Positions 9,154 to 18,070 of a stretch of 64,000 nt of DNA are shown here, piece by piece (positions within the stretch are counted from its first letter, which is position 1; every line of letters starts with the position of its first letter). Made by a program: the position numbers and the translations under genes. The notes below the pieces were generated by a model that had not been told where the DNA came from, made no database searches, and saw only the letters and a list, made by a program, of their open reading frames with translations. Origin of the DNA: Candidatus Latescibacterota bacterium (GTDB lineage: Bacteria > Latescibacterota > UBA2968 > UBA8231); the NCBI GenBank assembly GCA_965248265.1, contig CBDFJF010000001.1:1248001-1312000 (forward strand), read 5' to 3'.

Positions 9154-9737
9154 CTAGACTCTGCCTCCCGACGCCTGAGTTCTGCCGCCTGCTTCTTGTA
9201 TTCAGTCACCATCTCAGTCAGTCCTCCCACCTCGATATCCAGCTCGCTGATCGACCGAGTCAGCAATTCCAACTGATTCGCTGCCACGTTACGTCCCTCG
9301 CGCATGCGATGCATACGTTGCTGCAACTGAAGGTCACCGCCCAGTTGCACCTTGGCCAGATCTTCCAACACCTCCAGCTGGATTTCCAGAGCGTCGTTCT
9401 TGTCAGACCATTCCTGCCGCGCCGTCGTCAGTTTTTCCCGCTCTTCGGACAGGTCGTCGATCCTGTCTCTGATGATGTCGGCCTTCTCCATGATATCTTC
9501 AGGTCCGTCCAGTCTCCGTAACTGGATCGCCCGGCTCAAATCGGTCCAGGTTTTCCAAATGTAGGCCGGGTCGACGAACGTCGCCGCCGACACCGAGTCC
9601 TGGGCGGTCGTATCCTTGAAAGCGGTCACCGTGTCCACCTCTGCTTGGACGGACTCGGTCTCACCTTGACCCAGCGCCCCGGAGGGAACCGCAGCGAATA
9701 AAGACAGACAGACGAGAAGGGCGAATCGTGCCTGCAT
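9150..9737 (-). CDS. Secreted/periplasmic coiled-coil protein
   Basis: Signal peptide MQARFALLVCLSLFAA; long heptad E/L/R-rich helices; stop overlaps the barrel gene start. Confidence 0.7.
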   Translation of the reverse strand: MQARFALLVCLSLFAAVPSGALGQGETESVQAEVDTVTAFKDTTAQDSVSAATFVDPAYIWKTWTDLSRAIQLRRLDGPEDIMEKADIIRDRIDDLSEEREKLTTARQEWSDKNDALEIQLEVLEDLAKVQLGGDLQLQQRMHRMREGRNVAANQLELLTRSISELDIEVGGLTEMVTEYKKQAAELRRREAESR

Positions 9738-9833
9738 GTTCAGTTTTTGGTAGAGTCCATCCTCCTGTTTGGTGCTGTCGGCGAAGACATCAGGCAATGC
9801 CGTGCGACATGGCATGCTCATTGCACCTGAACT

Positions 9834-9849
9834 TGCAAGATTTGTGCCA
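9834..9849 (-). promoter_or_regulatory. sigma54 -24/-12 promoter
   Basis: Minus strand TGGCACAAATCTTGCA, a consensus match, upstream of the coiled-coil/barrel operon. Confidence 0.85.
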
Positions 9850-9961
9850 TCTTCGTGTCATCTGTGTGTCGGGGTTCATTGACGGATGACCCGTGTCAGA
9901 GAAGGAGGAGACCTCTGCCCCGGTACCTGCAGGCTGTGGTTGGAACCTCGAGCCATCTAAA

Positions 9962-10007
9962 TGCTGAAAATTGAGCGCTCAAATATGCGCGTCGCTGATT
10001 ATTCACC
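9962..10007. promoter_or_regulatory. Putative enhancer (UAS) sites for the 9849 promoter
   Basis: TGCTGAAAATTGAGCGC (9962-9978), perfect palindrome TTGAGCGCTCAA (9971-9982), CGCTGATTATTCACC (9993-10007). Confidence 0.55.
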
Positions 10008-10059
10008 GGGGAAATGTCTCGTCATGGACGCAGAAAGCGATGTTTTCGACCTTCTGACC

Positions 10060-10752
10060 ATGCACACGAGCAAAATCCTGGAGGCAGATCATTTCCAATA
10101 CCGTTGTCTGGACCCGGATGGTGGACAAACCTCGGCTGTCAGCTTCCAGACCTTATGCCCGGACTACCACATCCTGGACCGGCTCGGCATCGTGTCCGTC
10201 CCGTTCGAAGCCGGGTTGCGCAGGACCGGCCTGGCTGTGCTGGCCTGGACTACCGCCTACTACGATGCCATGCGCGCCGCCCATCCGGACGGGTTCTTCA
10301 ACTACCCGCAGCATTACCTCTTCTACACCGAATCGGGAACGCTCACCGACAAGGCCCTGGGAAGCTGGGGGCATCTGGACGTCTGGCCGGACTGTAAACG
10401 GGTCGCTTCTCCAGACTCGGTGACCGGTATCGTTGAGAAGCTGTTCGACTACGAAATCAACCGCTTACTGTGGCCCCACTCCCTTTCCTCGGTAGAGGGT
10501 GAGACGCTACCAGACTATGTGAAGAGGATGCTGTGCACCCGGTTGAAGGCCGTCTATCTGTATGACAGCGACTCCCCCACATTCGAGATCCACGGAGCCG
10601 AACCCGCGGTACAATTGACGCGCGAAGCGCTCGAGAAGGCTGGCCTGGACGGCAGTAGTGACTCGTCAGAGGTATCTGTCGAAGCCTACCGGCAAATCGA
10701 CGTCGACCGCTTTCTCGAAACCTTCCTCGGTTCCGTCTTCGACCGATCCTGA
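10060..10752 (+). CDS. Conserved-looking hypothetical cytoplasmic protein (start uncertain: 9961, 9985 or 10060)
   Basis: Long ORF with protein-like composition (DRLGIV, T.AYYD, FFNYP, HLDVWP), 15 bp before the histidine kinase. Confidence 0.7.
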   Translation: MHTSKILEADHFQYRCLDPDGGQTSAVSFQTLCPDYHILDRLGIVSVPFEAGLRRTGLAVLAWTTAYYDAMRAAHPDGFFNYPQHYLFYTESGTLTDKALGSWGHLDVWPDCKRVASPDSVTGIVEKLFDYEINRLLWPHSLSSVEGETLPDYVKRMLCTRLKAVYLYDSDSPTFEIHGAEPAVQLTREALEKAGLDGSSDSSEVSVEAYRQIDVDRFLETFLGSVFDRS

Positions 10753-10767
10753 CATCATCACATCAGC

Positions 10768-12228
10768 ATGTTCGCACGCCTGCAACAGTTCGGCCGCTCC
10801 ATCTTCCTCAAGCAGGTGCTGCTTTACATCCTCATTATCATGCTGATTTCCGGTGTCATCGGATTCCTTTTCTTTACTACGGCGCGGCAGCATGACGAGG
10901 AGGAGATCGGCCGCAAACTGCAGTCAGTCGCCCGCATCAGTGCGCGTGACACACCATTCGAGCGTCTCGAACTGATTCGCCTCGGGCATGACCAGACGCG
11001 CAACGTCCTGAACATGAAGAGTAAGCTCGAGGACATCCGTCAGGCCACGGGCGTTGCCAACATTCATGTGTTCAGATCCGATCGCAGCTCACTGCTGGAC
11101 CTGGATGGACGCTTTCGCATCGGTTCGACGCGCCGGTTACCCCAGTTCGATGCCGCACTCACCGCCGCGTTGACCACCGGTGAGCCGGCGCACTCCAAAA
11201 GCTACCGCAACGCTCGAGATGAGCTGATCATGTCGGCCTATGCACCGATCATGGATCTCGACGGACAACTGTTCGCCATCGTGGGGGTCGACGGCGGGGC
11301 TGGTGAACTCGCCATCATCGAGCAAATGGGAATCCGACTCTCCTGGATCACCGTCGTCGCCATCGGTGTTGCCTGTCTGCTCGCACTGTTCTTTGCTCGC
11401 AGCATCACCTCACCCGTGCGCGAGATCGCACACACGGCCGAGCGCCTGGGTCGGGGGGATTACCAGGCGCGAGTAGCGATTCGCTCGAGGGATGAGCTGG
11501 GGGTGCTGGCCGACTCGATAAACCGCATGGCGGAGGCGGTGCGCGAGCGCGACGCGGCGCTCAAGGAGATGGCGGCGACGGTCGCTCACGAAATCCGCAA
11601 TCCGCTCAACTCAATGAAGCTCCTGCTGTCCCTCCTGGATGAAGAGCTGCAGGAGGGAGCGACACCAGTATCGACACTGCGTACACTGGAGTACGAAATT
11701 GGCAAGCTCAATCGCTTCACAGAGGAGTTTCTCACCTACTCCCGGCCCGTGACACTCATTCGCGATCAGGTCGCGGTGTCCAGCCTTGTCACCTCCGTCC
11801 TCGACATGGCGGCTGCGGCTGCACGGGAAGCTGACGTGGCGTTGACCTATAATGCGGGAGACGATGACGACATCGAGGTCTTCGTCGATCGATTACGGTT
11901 GGAACAGACATTGCTGAACATCGTCTTGAATGCCGTCGAAGCGTGCGGTGGCGGTGGAGAAGTCACCTTGCGCGCCGTGAGACCACAACAGGACGGGTTG
12001 CAACTTATCATCGAGGATACGGGTTCCGGCCTGGACCCGGAGGTGTTGCCGCAGATTTTCGACCCCTTCTTTACTACCAGAGCTGACGGCACCGGGCTGG
12101 GATTGGCCAACGCTCTCAAGATCATTGAGGAACACGAAGGCTCCGTGCACGCAGAGAACAGGCCCGAAGGGGGAGCACGCATGACCGTATACCTGCCAGC
12201 CGATCGGCTGGTCTTTGACAAAGGCTGA
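10768..12228 (+). CDS. Sensor histidine kinase (2 TM, Cache-like, HAMP, HisKA, HATPase)
   Basis: H-box AHEIRNPLN; N box LLNIVLNAVEA; DTGSG; FDPFFTTR; GTGLGL. Confidence 0.95.
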   Translation: MFARLQQFGRSIFLKQVLLYILIIMLISGVIGFLFFTTARQHDEEEIGRKLQSVARISARDTPFERLELIRLGHDQTRNVLNMKSKLEDIRQATGVANIHVFRSDRSSLLDLDGRFRIGSTRRLPQFDAALTAALTTGEPAHSKSYRNARDELIMSAYAPIMDLDGQLFAIVGVDGGAGELAIIEQMGIRLSWITVVAIGVACLLALFFARSITSPVREIAHTAERLGRGDYQARVAIRSRDELGVLADSINRMAEAVRERDAALKEMAATVAHEIRNPLNSMKLLLSLLDEELQEGATPVSTLRTLEYEIGKLNRFTEEFLTYSRPVTLIRDQVAVSSLVTSVLDMAAAAAREADVALTYNAGDDDDIEVFVDRLRLEQTLLNIVLNAVEACGGGGEVTLRAVRPQQDGLQLIIEDTGSGLDPEVLPQIFDPFFTTRADGTGLGLANALKIIEEHEGSVHAENRPEGGARMTVYLPADRLVFDKG

Positions 12229-12231
12229 AAC

Positions 12232-13614
12232 ATGACGGCCATATTGATTGCCGACGACAACAGATCGACAACCCAGACCCTGAGTGCCCTCGTCGAACGC
12301 TGGGGTCACACCGCCCTGCCAGCCTTCGACGGCACCCAGGCACTGGCGTTGTTGGAAGCGGAGACCGTCGACATTCTGTTGACTGACTTGCGCATGCCGA
12401 ACCTCGACGGCATGGAATTGTTGACCATCGTCAAGGAGCGCTGGCCGGAGATCGTCGTCATCGTCGTCACCGCCTTCGGCAGCATTGAGACGGCAGTCAC
12501 GGCGATGCAGTCAGGGGCTTTTGATTTTCTCACCAAGCCCTATGACAGCGACGAGCTCAGAGTAAAACTCGCCAAAGCCGGGGCACAGCGTGAGATGATC
12601 GTGAAAATGGAGCGCCTCAACGCCCGCATCGCATCCTTCGAGGACGAGGCCCAGCTCCAACTGGGCATGGGCGAGATCATCGGCACCAGCCAGGCAATGC
12701 AGAGCGTCTTCGAGAACATCCGCAAGGTGGCTCCGACGGAATCCACGGTGTTGATCCAGGGTGAAAGCGGCACCGGCAAGGAACTGGTCGCCCGCGCCAT
12801 CCACAAACAGAGCCCGCGCCGGGACAAGGCCTTCGTTGCCGCGCATTGTCCGGCCTACGCCGAGGGGGTCCTCGAGAGCGAGCTGTTCGGGCATGAAAAA
12901 GGCGCCTTCACTGGAGCATATGCTCGCAAGATCGGACGGCTGAAACTGGCTGACGAAGGCACGCTGTTCCTGGATGAGGTCGGTGATATCTCGCCGGCGG
13001 TCCAGGTCAAGTTGCTGCGGGTACTTCAGGAGAGAGAGTTCGAACGCGTCGGGGGTACCAAGACCATCCACACGCAAAACCGCACGGTCGCGGCCACCAA
13101 TCGTGACCTGAGTGCCGCGATCGCCAGCGGCGAATTCCGTGAGGACCTGTTCTACCGGCTGAACGTGTTCTCGATCATGCTGCCACCTCTGAGAAACCGC
13201 AAGGAAGACATCCCCAGCTTGATCGAGACCTTCTGCCGTCACCAATCCGAGCGCCTCAACCGGCCGATATCCGGACTGTCACAACGGGCCGTCGAGACCA
13301 TGATGGCCTATGACTGGCCGGGCAACATCCGTGAACTCCAGAACGTGATCGAACGCGCCGCCATCGTAACCGAGAGTGGCGAAATCGACGTCGAAAACCT
13401 TCCCGTGGGCGTGGACGCAACGGAAAACCGCACACACGTCTCATTGCCAGAGGACGATGTCAACTTCGACGACGAGATGGAGCAATTCGAACGCCGGCTC
13501 ATCTTGCATGCCTACGAGAAGTCCGGCAAGGTCAAAGCCCGAACCGCCAAGATGCTCGGCATCGACCGCAATCGCCTGCGGTACAAACTGAAAAAGTATG
13601 GCATCGACGATTGA
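12232..13614 (+). CDS. sigma54-dependent response regulator (NtrC/AtoC family: REC-AAA+-Fis HTH)
   Basis: ADD and TDLRMP receiver motifs; GESGTGKE; [15 protein letters not shown]; LFLDEVGD; [11 protein letters not shown]; WPGNIREL; HTH. Confidence 0.96.
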   Translation: MTAILIADDNRSTTQTLSALVERWGHTALPAFDGTQALALLEAETVDILLTDLRMPNLDGMELLTIVKERWPEIVVIVVTAFGSIETAVTAMQSGAFDFLTKPYDSDELRVKLAKAGAQREMIVKMERLNARIASFEDEAQLQLGMGEIIGTSQAMQSVFENIRKVAPTESTVLIQGESGTGKELVARAIHKQSPRRDKAFVAAHCPAYAEGVLESELFGHEKGAFTGAYARKIGRLKLADEGTLFLDEVGDISPAVQVKLLRVLQEREFERVGGTKTIHTQNRTVAATNRDLSAAIASGEFREDLFYRLNVFSIMLPPLRNRKEDIPSLIETFCRHQSERLNRPISGLSQRAVETMMAYDWPGNIRELQNVIERAAIVTESGEIDVENLPVGVDATENRTHVSLPEDDVNFDDEMEQFERRLILHAYEKSGKVKARTAKMLGIDRNRLRYKLKKYGIDD

Positions 13615-13640
13615 AGCCCTCAACCCTGCGTCCATGTCCT

Positions 13641-13674
13641 GCCTAGAATTCAGCAGGTGCTGATTTCTTAGCGC
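13641..13674. promoter_or_regulatory. Putative enhancer (UAS) sites for the 13832 promoter
   Basis: TGCTGATTTCTTAGCGC (13658-13674) and an inverted TGCTGAATTCTAGGC (13641-13655); AT-rich stretch 13741-13780 lies between these and the promoter. Confidence 0.5.
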
Positions 13675-13831
13675 GCGATTTTCGCTCCGTCCGCCTGCTC
13701 CAAAACCCACGCTGCACCCTGATCGCTCCGAAATCGATCGGATAATTTCTCTCTCATCCTGTTGTTAATAATCGCTTTATAGGATACTGGCCCGTCTGAA
13801 TCTCAGTGTTGGGGTCAGTCTTGTTGTCGCG

Positions 13832-13847
13832 CGGTATGAGCCTTGCT
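13832..13847 (+). promoter_or_regulatory. sigma54 -24/-12 promoter upstream of PAP2-VTC-DUF4956
   Basis: CGGTATGAGCCTTGCT (GG-N10-GC, TTGCT -12 box), 80 bp before the ATG. Confidence 0.65.
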
Positions 13848-13927
13848 ATCGATACCTACCGTGGACGAGATCCGTTCGCCAAGCAAGGGAATTTTGATTG
13901 GAATGAGCTGGAGCAGGAGTCTCTGAT

Positions 13928-14632
13928 ATGATCGGAGCCGACACCGCCGTGATCGCACTCGCCCTGCTGCTGCAGGGCCCCGGTGTGGACCGCGATGCCA
14001 GGGACCTGGCCTCGCAGCAGAATGCCCTCATCGGAGCGGGCGGACTCTTGCTGGCAGCCGGAGCCTACGTAGCCGCGGACGATCCGCGCGACCAACTGGA
14101 AGGCCACTGGCTCACCGACAACCCCTCCAAACTCACCAACGTTTACGGTGCCAGCCGTTTCAACCTGCCAGCTTCGCTGAGCGTATGGACTCTCGGTACG
14201 GTGGGTCACAACCCTGGCTTGCGTGATCTGGGGGCTGATCTGACCCGGACCTTGACGCTGACTCAGTTGGCCGTTGGACCAATCAAACTAGCTACGCGGC
14301 GGCGGCGCCCCGATGGCTCCAATCGTCTCTCGTTCCCGTCCGGCCACACCGCCAACTCTTTTGCCGTGGCTCGCATGATCCAGCGCAAGTACAGCCTCAA
14401 ACTCGCCTGGCCGCTCTACGTCCTGGGTGGATTCACCGGCTCCGGCCGGGTGGCCGGCGGACATCACTACGTATCGGATGTCGTCATGGGGGCTGCCGCC
14501 GGAATAATCGTTGGCAGCACAGTCCGCATCCGCAATCCGGCTGCCACACGAGGCTCTACACTTGAAAGACTGACCTTCGTCCCCCACATCGGCGCGGGCG
14601 GTGGTTTCCTGCATCTGGCAGTGAGTTTCTAA
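13928..14632 (+). CDS. PAP2 family phosphatase
   Basis: C1 K..T.R.RP, C2 FPSGH, C3 SGR...GHHYVSDV. Confidence 0.9.
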   Translation: MIGADTAVIALALLLQGPGVDRDARDLASQQNALIGAGGLLLAAGAYVAADDPRDQLEGHWLTDNPSKLTNVYGASRFNLPASLSVWTLGTVGHNPGLRDLGADLTRTLTLTQLAVGPIKLATRRRRPDGSNRLSFPSGHTANSFAVARMIQRKYSLKLAWPLYVLGGFTGSGRVAGGHHYVSDVVMGAAAGIIVGSTVRIRNPAATRGSTLERLTFVPHIGAGGGFLHLAVSF

Positions 14633-14844
14633 ACAGGAATTGCGATGAAATCTCGATCCCGTGTCGGTCACTGTGCTGCATTCCGCGAGAAGCGTTCCCG
14701 CCTCAATATTGGGGATGCGACCCTCCCACTCGTGGGACTTCGCCCCCGGACCGGCCGCGAGGGCGGTCCGCATGGACCAGGGTGTCGGGCACGGGGCTGG
14801 CACGCGGATCTCTTGTCCAGCTCCCGGGAACCAGGAGCAAGCAC

Positions 14845-15594
14845 ATGAAGCGCTTCAATCGCTTCGAACTGAAGTATTCCATCACGGCTGCTCAATGTGA
14901 AGCAGTAAAGCGCGACCTTGCCGACCATATGCTTCCCGACGGCAACAGCGCGGATGACGGCTTCTACGATATTGCCAGTCTCTACTACGATACACCGGAC
15001 CTGGCCTTCATGCGCTCCAAGCGTGAAGGCATCAAGTTCAGGCGTAAACTGCGCATCCGCCACTACGGAACGGCGGAGGGAGCAGCCGATGACAACCAGC
15101 CCGTGTACGTCGAGATCAAACAGCGAATCAATCGCACTACACAGAAGAGACGCCTGACACTGCCACTCCATGCCGCCTACGTGCTGTGCGACGGTCACCT
15201 CGAGGAAACCATCGACGACGCCACTGACTCGCAGGCAGCGGACGAGGTGCTCTTCCTTGCTCGCAGTCTGGACCTGCAGCCGACCTGTCTTGTGGGCTAT
15301 CGGCGGGAGGCCTTCGTGGGGTCACGCTACGAACCCGGGCTTCGTGTCACCTTCGACAACTCCCTCTGGGCGGCTCAGCCGGAGGGCGGCCTGTCACTAC
15401 CCGCAACGCGGCACGCGATGACACCTCCACAGGCCTTCTTGATGGAGGTGAAAGCCAATAACGCGGTGCCGGTGTGGCTGGCCAGCATGCTGGCGCGTCA
15501 CCAATGCACCCTCGTGAGGTACAGCAAGTACTGCGCCGCGGTGGCCCGGTTAGATGAGCTGGATCTGCTTGCGCTTCCCGCCGCAGCATCGTAG
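14845..15594 (+). CDS. VTC-domain (polyphosphate polymerase-like, TTM/CYTH tunnel) protein
   Basis: RFELKY, SLYYDT, RRKLRIRHY, VEIKQR, YRREAF, LRVTFD, MEVK, YSKY; AGGAG RBS. Confidence 0.9.
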   Translation: MKRFNRFELKYSITAAQCEAVKRDLADHMLPDGNSADDGFYDIASLYYDTPDLAFMRSKREGIKFRRKLRIRHYGTAEGAADDNQPVYVEIKQRINRTTQKRRLTLPLHAAYVLCDGHLEETIDDATDSQAADEVLFLARSLDLQPTCLVGYRREAFVGSRYEPGLRVTFDNSLWAAQPEGGLSLPATRHAMTPPQAFLMEVKANNAVPVWLASMLARHQCTLVRYSKYCAAVARLDELDLLALPAAAS

Positions 15595-15641
15595 CGATCG
15601 TTGATCGAGCCAGTACCCCTGGGAAAAGACAGAGGCGGAAC

Positions 15642-16337
15642 ATGGATGAGCTGATCAAGGAAATGGAACGTTTTCGCGACCTCACCAGCGTGTTCACCTT
15701 CACGGATGTCGCTATCGTGTTGCTGCTCAGCTTCGCATCATCGATGGTGATGGGCCTGGTGTATCGTGCCACTCACCGCGGCACCTCCTACGCACAATCC
15801 TTTGCGCAGACCCTCGTCATCATGGGTATGGTCACCGCTCTTATCATGCTCATCATCGGATCGAATATCGCGCGCGCCTTCTCCCTCGTCGGTGCTCTGT
15901 CAGTCATCCGGTTTCGCAACGCGGTGAAGGAAACCCGCGATATCGGCTTCATGTTCCTGGTCATGGCCATAGGCATGGCCTGCGGGACGCGGTTCTACAT
16001 GCTGGCAGCCTTTGCCACGGCGGTGTTCACCGTCGTTATCAGCGGCATGCACAAGCTGGACGTTTTCAGTAAACACGTGACCGAGCGCATCCTACGGGTG
16101 CGACTGCCCCTGGGTCGTGACAGCGAAGAAACATTGGAGCCGATATTTCGTGAGTACTTGACTGAGAGTCGGCTGGTGGCGATGGAGTCGGTAGCAGGGG
16201 GGGTCCTGCAGGAACTCGTCTACGTTGTTCTGCTGAAGGACGAGGGCGCTCCGGATACCTTCGTCGAGGCTGTGCGCACGGCTGCGAACAACAACAAAGT
16301 GGCTCTGGTAATGGGTCAACAAGAAGTGGATTTGTAG
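15642..16337 (+). CDS. DUF4956 family membrane protein
   Basis: IGSNIARAFSLVGALSVIRFRNAVKETRD and MAIGMACG; several TM helices plus a C-terminal soluble domain; typical VTC neighbour. Confidence 0.88.
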   Translation: MDELIKEMERFRDLTSVFTFTDVAIVLLLSFASSMVMGLVYRATHRGTSYAQSFAQTLVIMGMVTALIMLIIGSNIARAFSLVGALSVIRFRNAVKETRDIGFMFLVMAIGMACGTRFYMLAAFATAVFTVVISGMHKLDVFSKHVTERILRVRLPLGRDSEETLEPIFREYLTESRLVAMESVAGGVLQELVYVVLLKDEGAPDTFVEAVRTAANNNKVALVMGQQEVDL

Positions 16338-16358
16338 ATAGTAGTTCATCGGACCGAC

Positions 16359-16393
16359 AAAAAACGAGCCCGGAGTCTATTGATTCCGGGCCC
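16359..16393 (-). terminator. Rho-independent terminator of the XRE gene (possibly bidirectional)
   Basis: Stem GAGCCCGGAGTC-tatt-GATTCCGGGCCC with a plus-strand A-tract, which is a U-tract on the minus strand. Confidence 0.7.
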
Positions 16394-16417
16394 ATATGCT
16401 TTCTGCTTTGCGCTCCG

Positions 16418-16849
16418 TCAAACAGCCCCAAGCAGGGCCTGTGCGTCCTTTTTTCCCAGTTTTCTCACCTCGGCCAATGCGTGGCGATTGCTGCCTCGCG
16501 GTGCAGACCTTCCGGATTCCCAGAACACAACCGTGGTCGTACTCACGCCCAGCAGTTGACCCAGCTGAGCCTGAGACAACTTCATACGCTTGCGATGGTT
16601 TCTGATTGACGTCGGGCTGATGCGTACGGCCTTGGATTTCTCTTCCTCGAGACTCTTCCCGTTCGCCGCCGCTCCTGCCTTGCGCGAAGCAGTTAGGGCT
16701 TTCTGCAAACCGGCAACCTGACCGCGCAGGACTTTGATTCCACTTTTTAGATCTCTGATCTGCTTGCTTTGGACACTCGTCGCGAATTTAACCTCCTTGC
16801 GAGCGAGACGACGGATCTCCTCCCGGAGGACTGATGCAACATCTGGCAT
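16418..16849 (-). CDS. XRE-family HTH regulator with N-terminal coiled coil
   Basis: RKRMKLSQAQLGQLLGVSTTTVVFWESGRSAP HTH_3 motif. Confidence 0.85.
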   Translation of the reverse strand: MPDVASVLREEIRRLARKEVKFATSVQSKQIRDLKSGIKVLRGQVAGLQKALTASRKAGAAANGKSLEEEKSKAVRISPTSIRNHRKRMKLSQAQLGQLLGVSTTTVVFWESGRSAPRGSNRHALAEVRKLGKKDAQALLGAV

Positions 16850-16989
16850 GTGATCGAATACTCCTCTAGTTTAGTAGTCAACTTAACAGTTATTGGGGCA
16901 CTTCCACCTTGAATAACATACAAATTGCCCTTAAAATCGCCAAAAAAAACGGCCCTCGAATCGACAGCCATAACTCGTAAAGGAGATCC

Positions 16990-18066
16990 ATGCTACCTGT
17001 TCGCATCGGAATAGTAGGCTCAGGCGCCATAGCCCAGGTCCATCATCTGCCGAATCTGGTGGCTCTACGGGAGGAATTCAGCGTCGAGATCCTCTGCGAC
17101 CTGTCACCAGCTCTCGCGCAGAGCGTCGCCGAGCGGTTTCATATTCCGCACTACGTGACCGACTATCGCGAACTACTCGCCGCTGACCTTGATGCAGTAC
17201 TGATCTGCTGTGTGGACCCCAAGACGGAGGTCGCGCGTGCCGCCTTTGACGCCGGCCTCCACGTTTTCATCGAGAAGCCGTTTTGCTACACCCTCGATGA
17301 CGCTGACTCCATCATCCAGGCTGCCAATGCCACCGGACGCGTCGGCCAGCTGGGATACATGAAGGTATTTGACCCGGCGTTCGAGCTGGTCGAGCGGCAG
17401 GTACAGAGCATGGAGGACATCCGTTACATCCAGGTCAATCACTTGCATACCGACAACAGCCATCACTTGAGGCACTTTGACTTGGAGCGCGCCACAGACC
17501 TACCCGAGACCCACGCGAAACGCACTGAAGAGCTGCGGAAGGCTGGCCTGCAGGCAAACTTTGGAGATATGGCCCCAGAAGCGGAGAGAGCTTTTTACAT
17601 TGTGGCAGGCAGTCTGGTTCACGACCTGTACGGTCTGCGGCATCTTTTCGGCCCACCAGCGAAGGTCCTCAGCACTGAAATCTGGCGTGACGGCTACGGT
17701 ATCACGACGGTCCTGGAGTACGCCATGGGGGCACGTTGCGTGGCGACGTGGATCGAACTACCGCACATCCTCGAGTTCAGGGAGACCTTGGAAATCAATT
17801 CGGGTAGCCGCAGAGTCTCACTCTCCTATCCCACCGGCTTCGCACGGGGGCTGTTATCTGACGTCCGCATCGACGGGGTGGACGACGACGGACGGGCTTT
17901 CTCCAAGGAACTCGCGGTGGAATGGGAGAGCCCGTTCTCGAGGGAGTTGCAGCACTTCCACCAATGCATAACTGCTGGTACCCCCTGTCGCACTCCGATT
18001 GAATCCGGACGCCACGAGGTCTCGTTGACCATCGACATCATTAACCGCTATCTCGAACGGAATTAA
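16990..18066 (+). CDS. Gfo/Idh/MocA family oxidoreductase
   Basis: GIVGSGAIA, HVFIEKP, SLVHDL. Confidence 0.9.
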   Translation: MLPVRIGIVGSGAIAQVHHLPNLVALREEFSVEILCDLSPALAQSVAERFHIPHYVTDYRELLAADLDAVLICCVDPKTEVARAAFDAGLHVFIEKPFCYTLDDADSIIQAANATGRVGQLGYMKVFDPAFELVERQVQSMEDIRYIQVNHLHTDNSHHLRHFDLERATDLPETHAKRTEELRKAGLQANFGDMAPEAERAFYIVAGSLVHDLYGLRHLFGPPAKVLSTEIWRDGYGITTVLEYAMGARCVATWIELPHILEFRETLEINSGSRRVSLSYPTGFARGLLSDVRIDGVDDDGRAFSKELAVEWESPFSRELQHFHQCITAGTPCRTPIESGRHEVSLTIDIINRYLERN

Positions 18067-18070
18067 AGCG

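Noticed and set aside
14787-14813. Extra sigma54 promoter before the VTC gene (GGGCACGGGGCTGGCA or TGGCACGCGGATCTC)
   Set aside because: Each candidate has a poor -12 box and I found no shared enhancer motif nearby; it cannot be supported.
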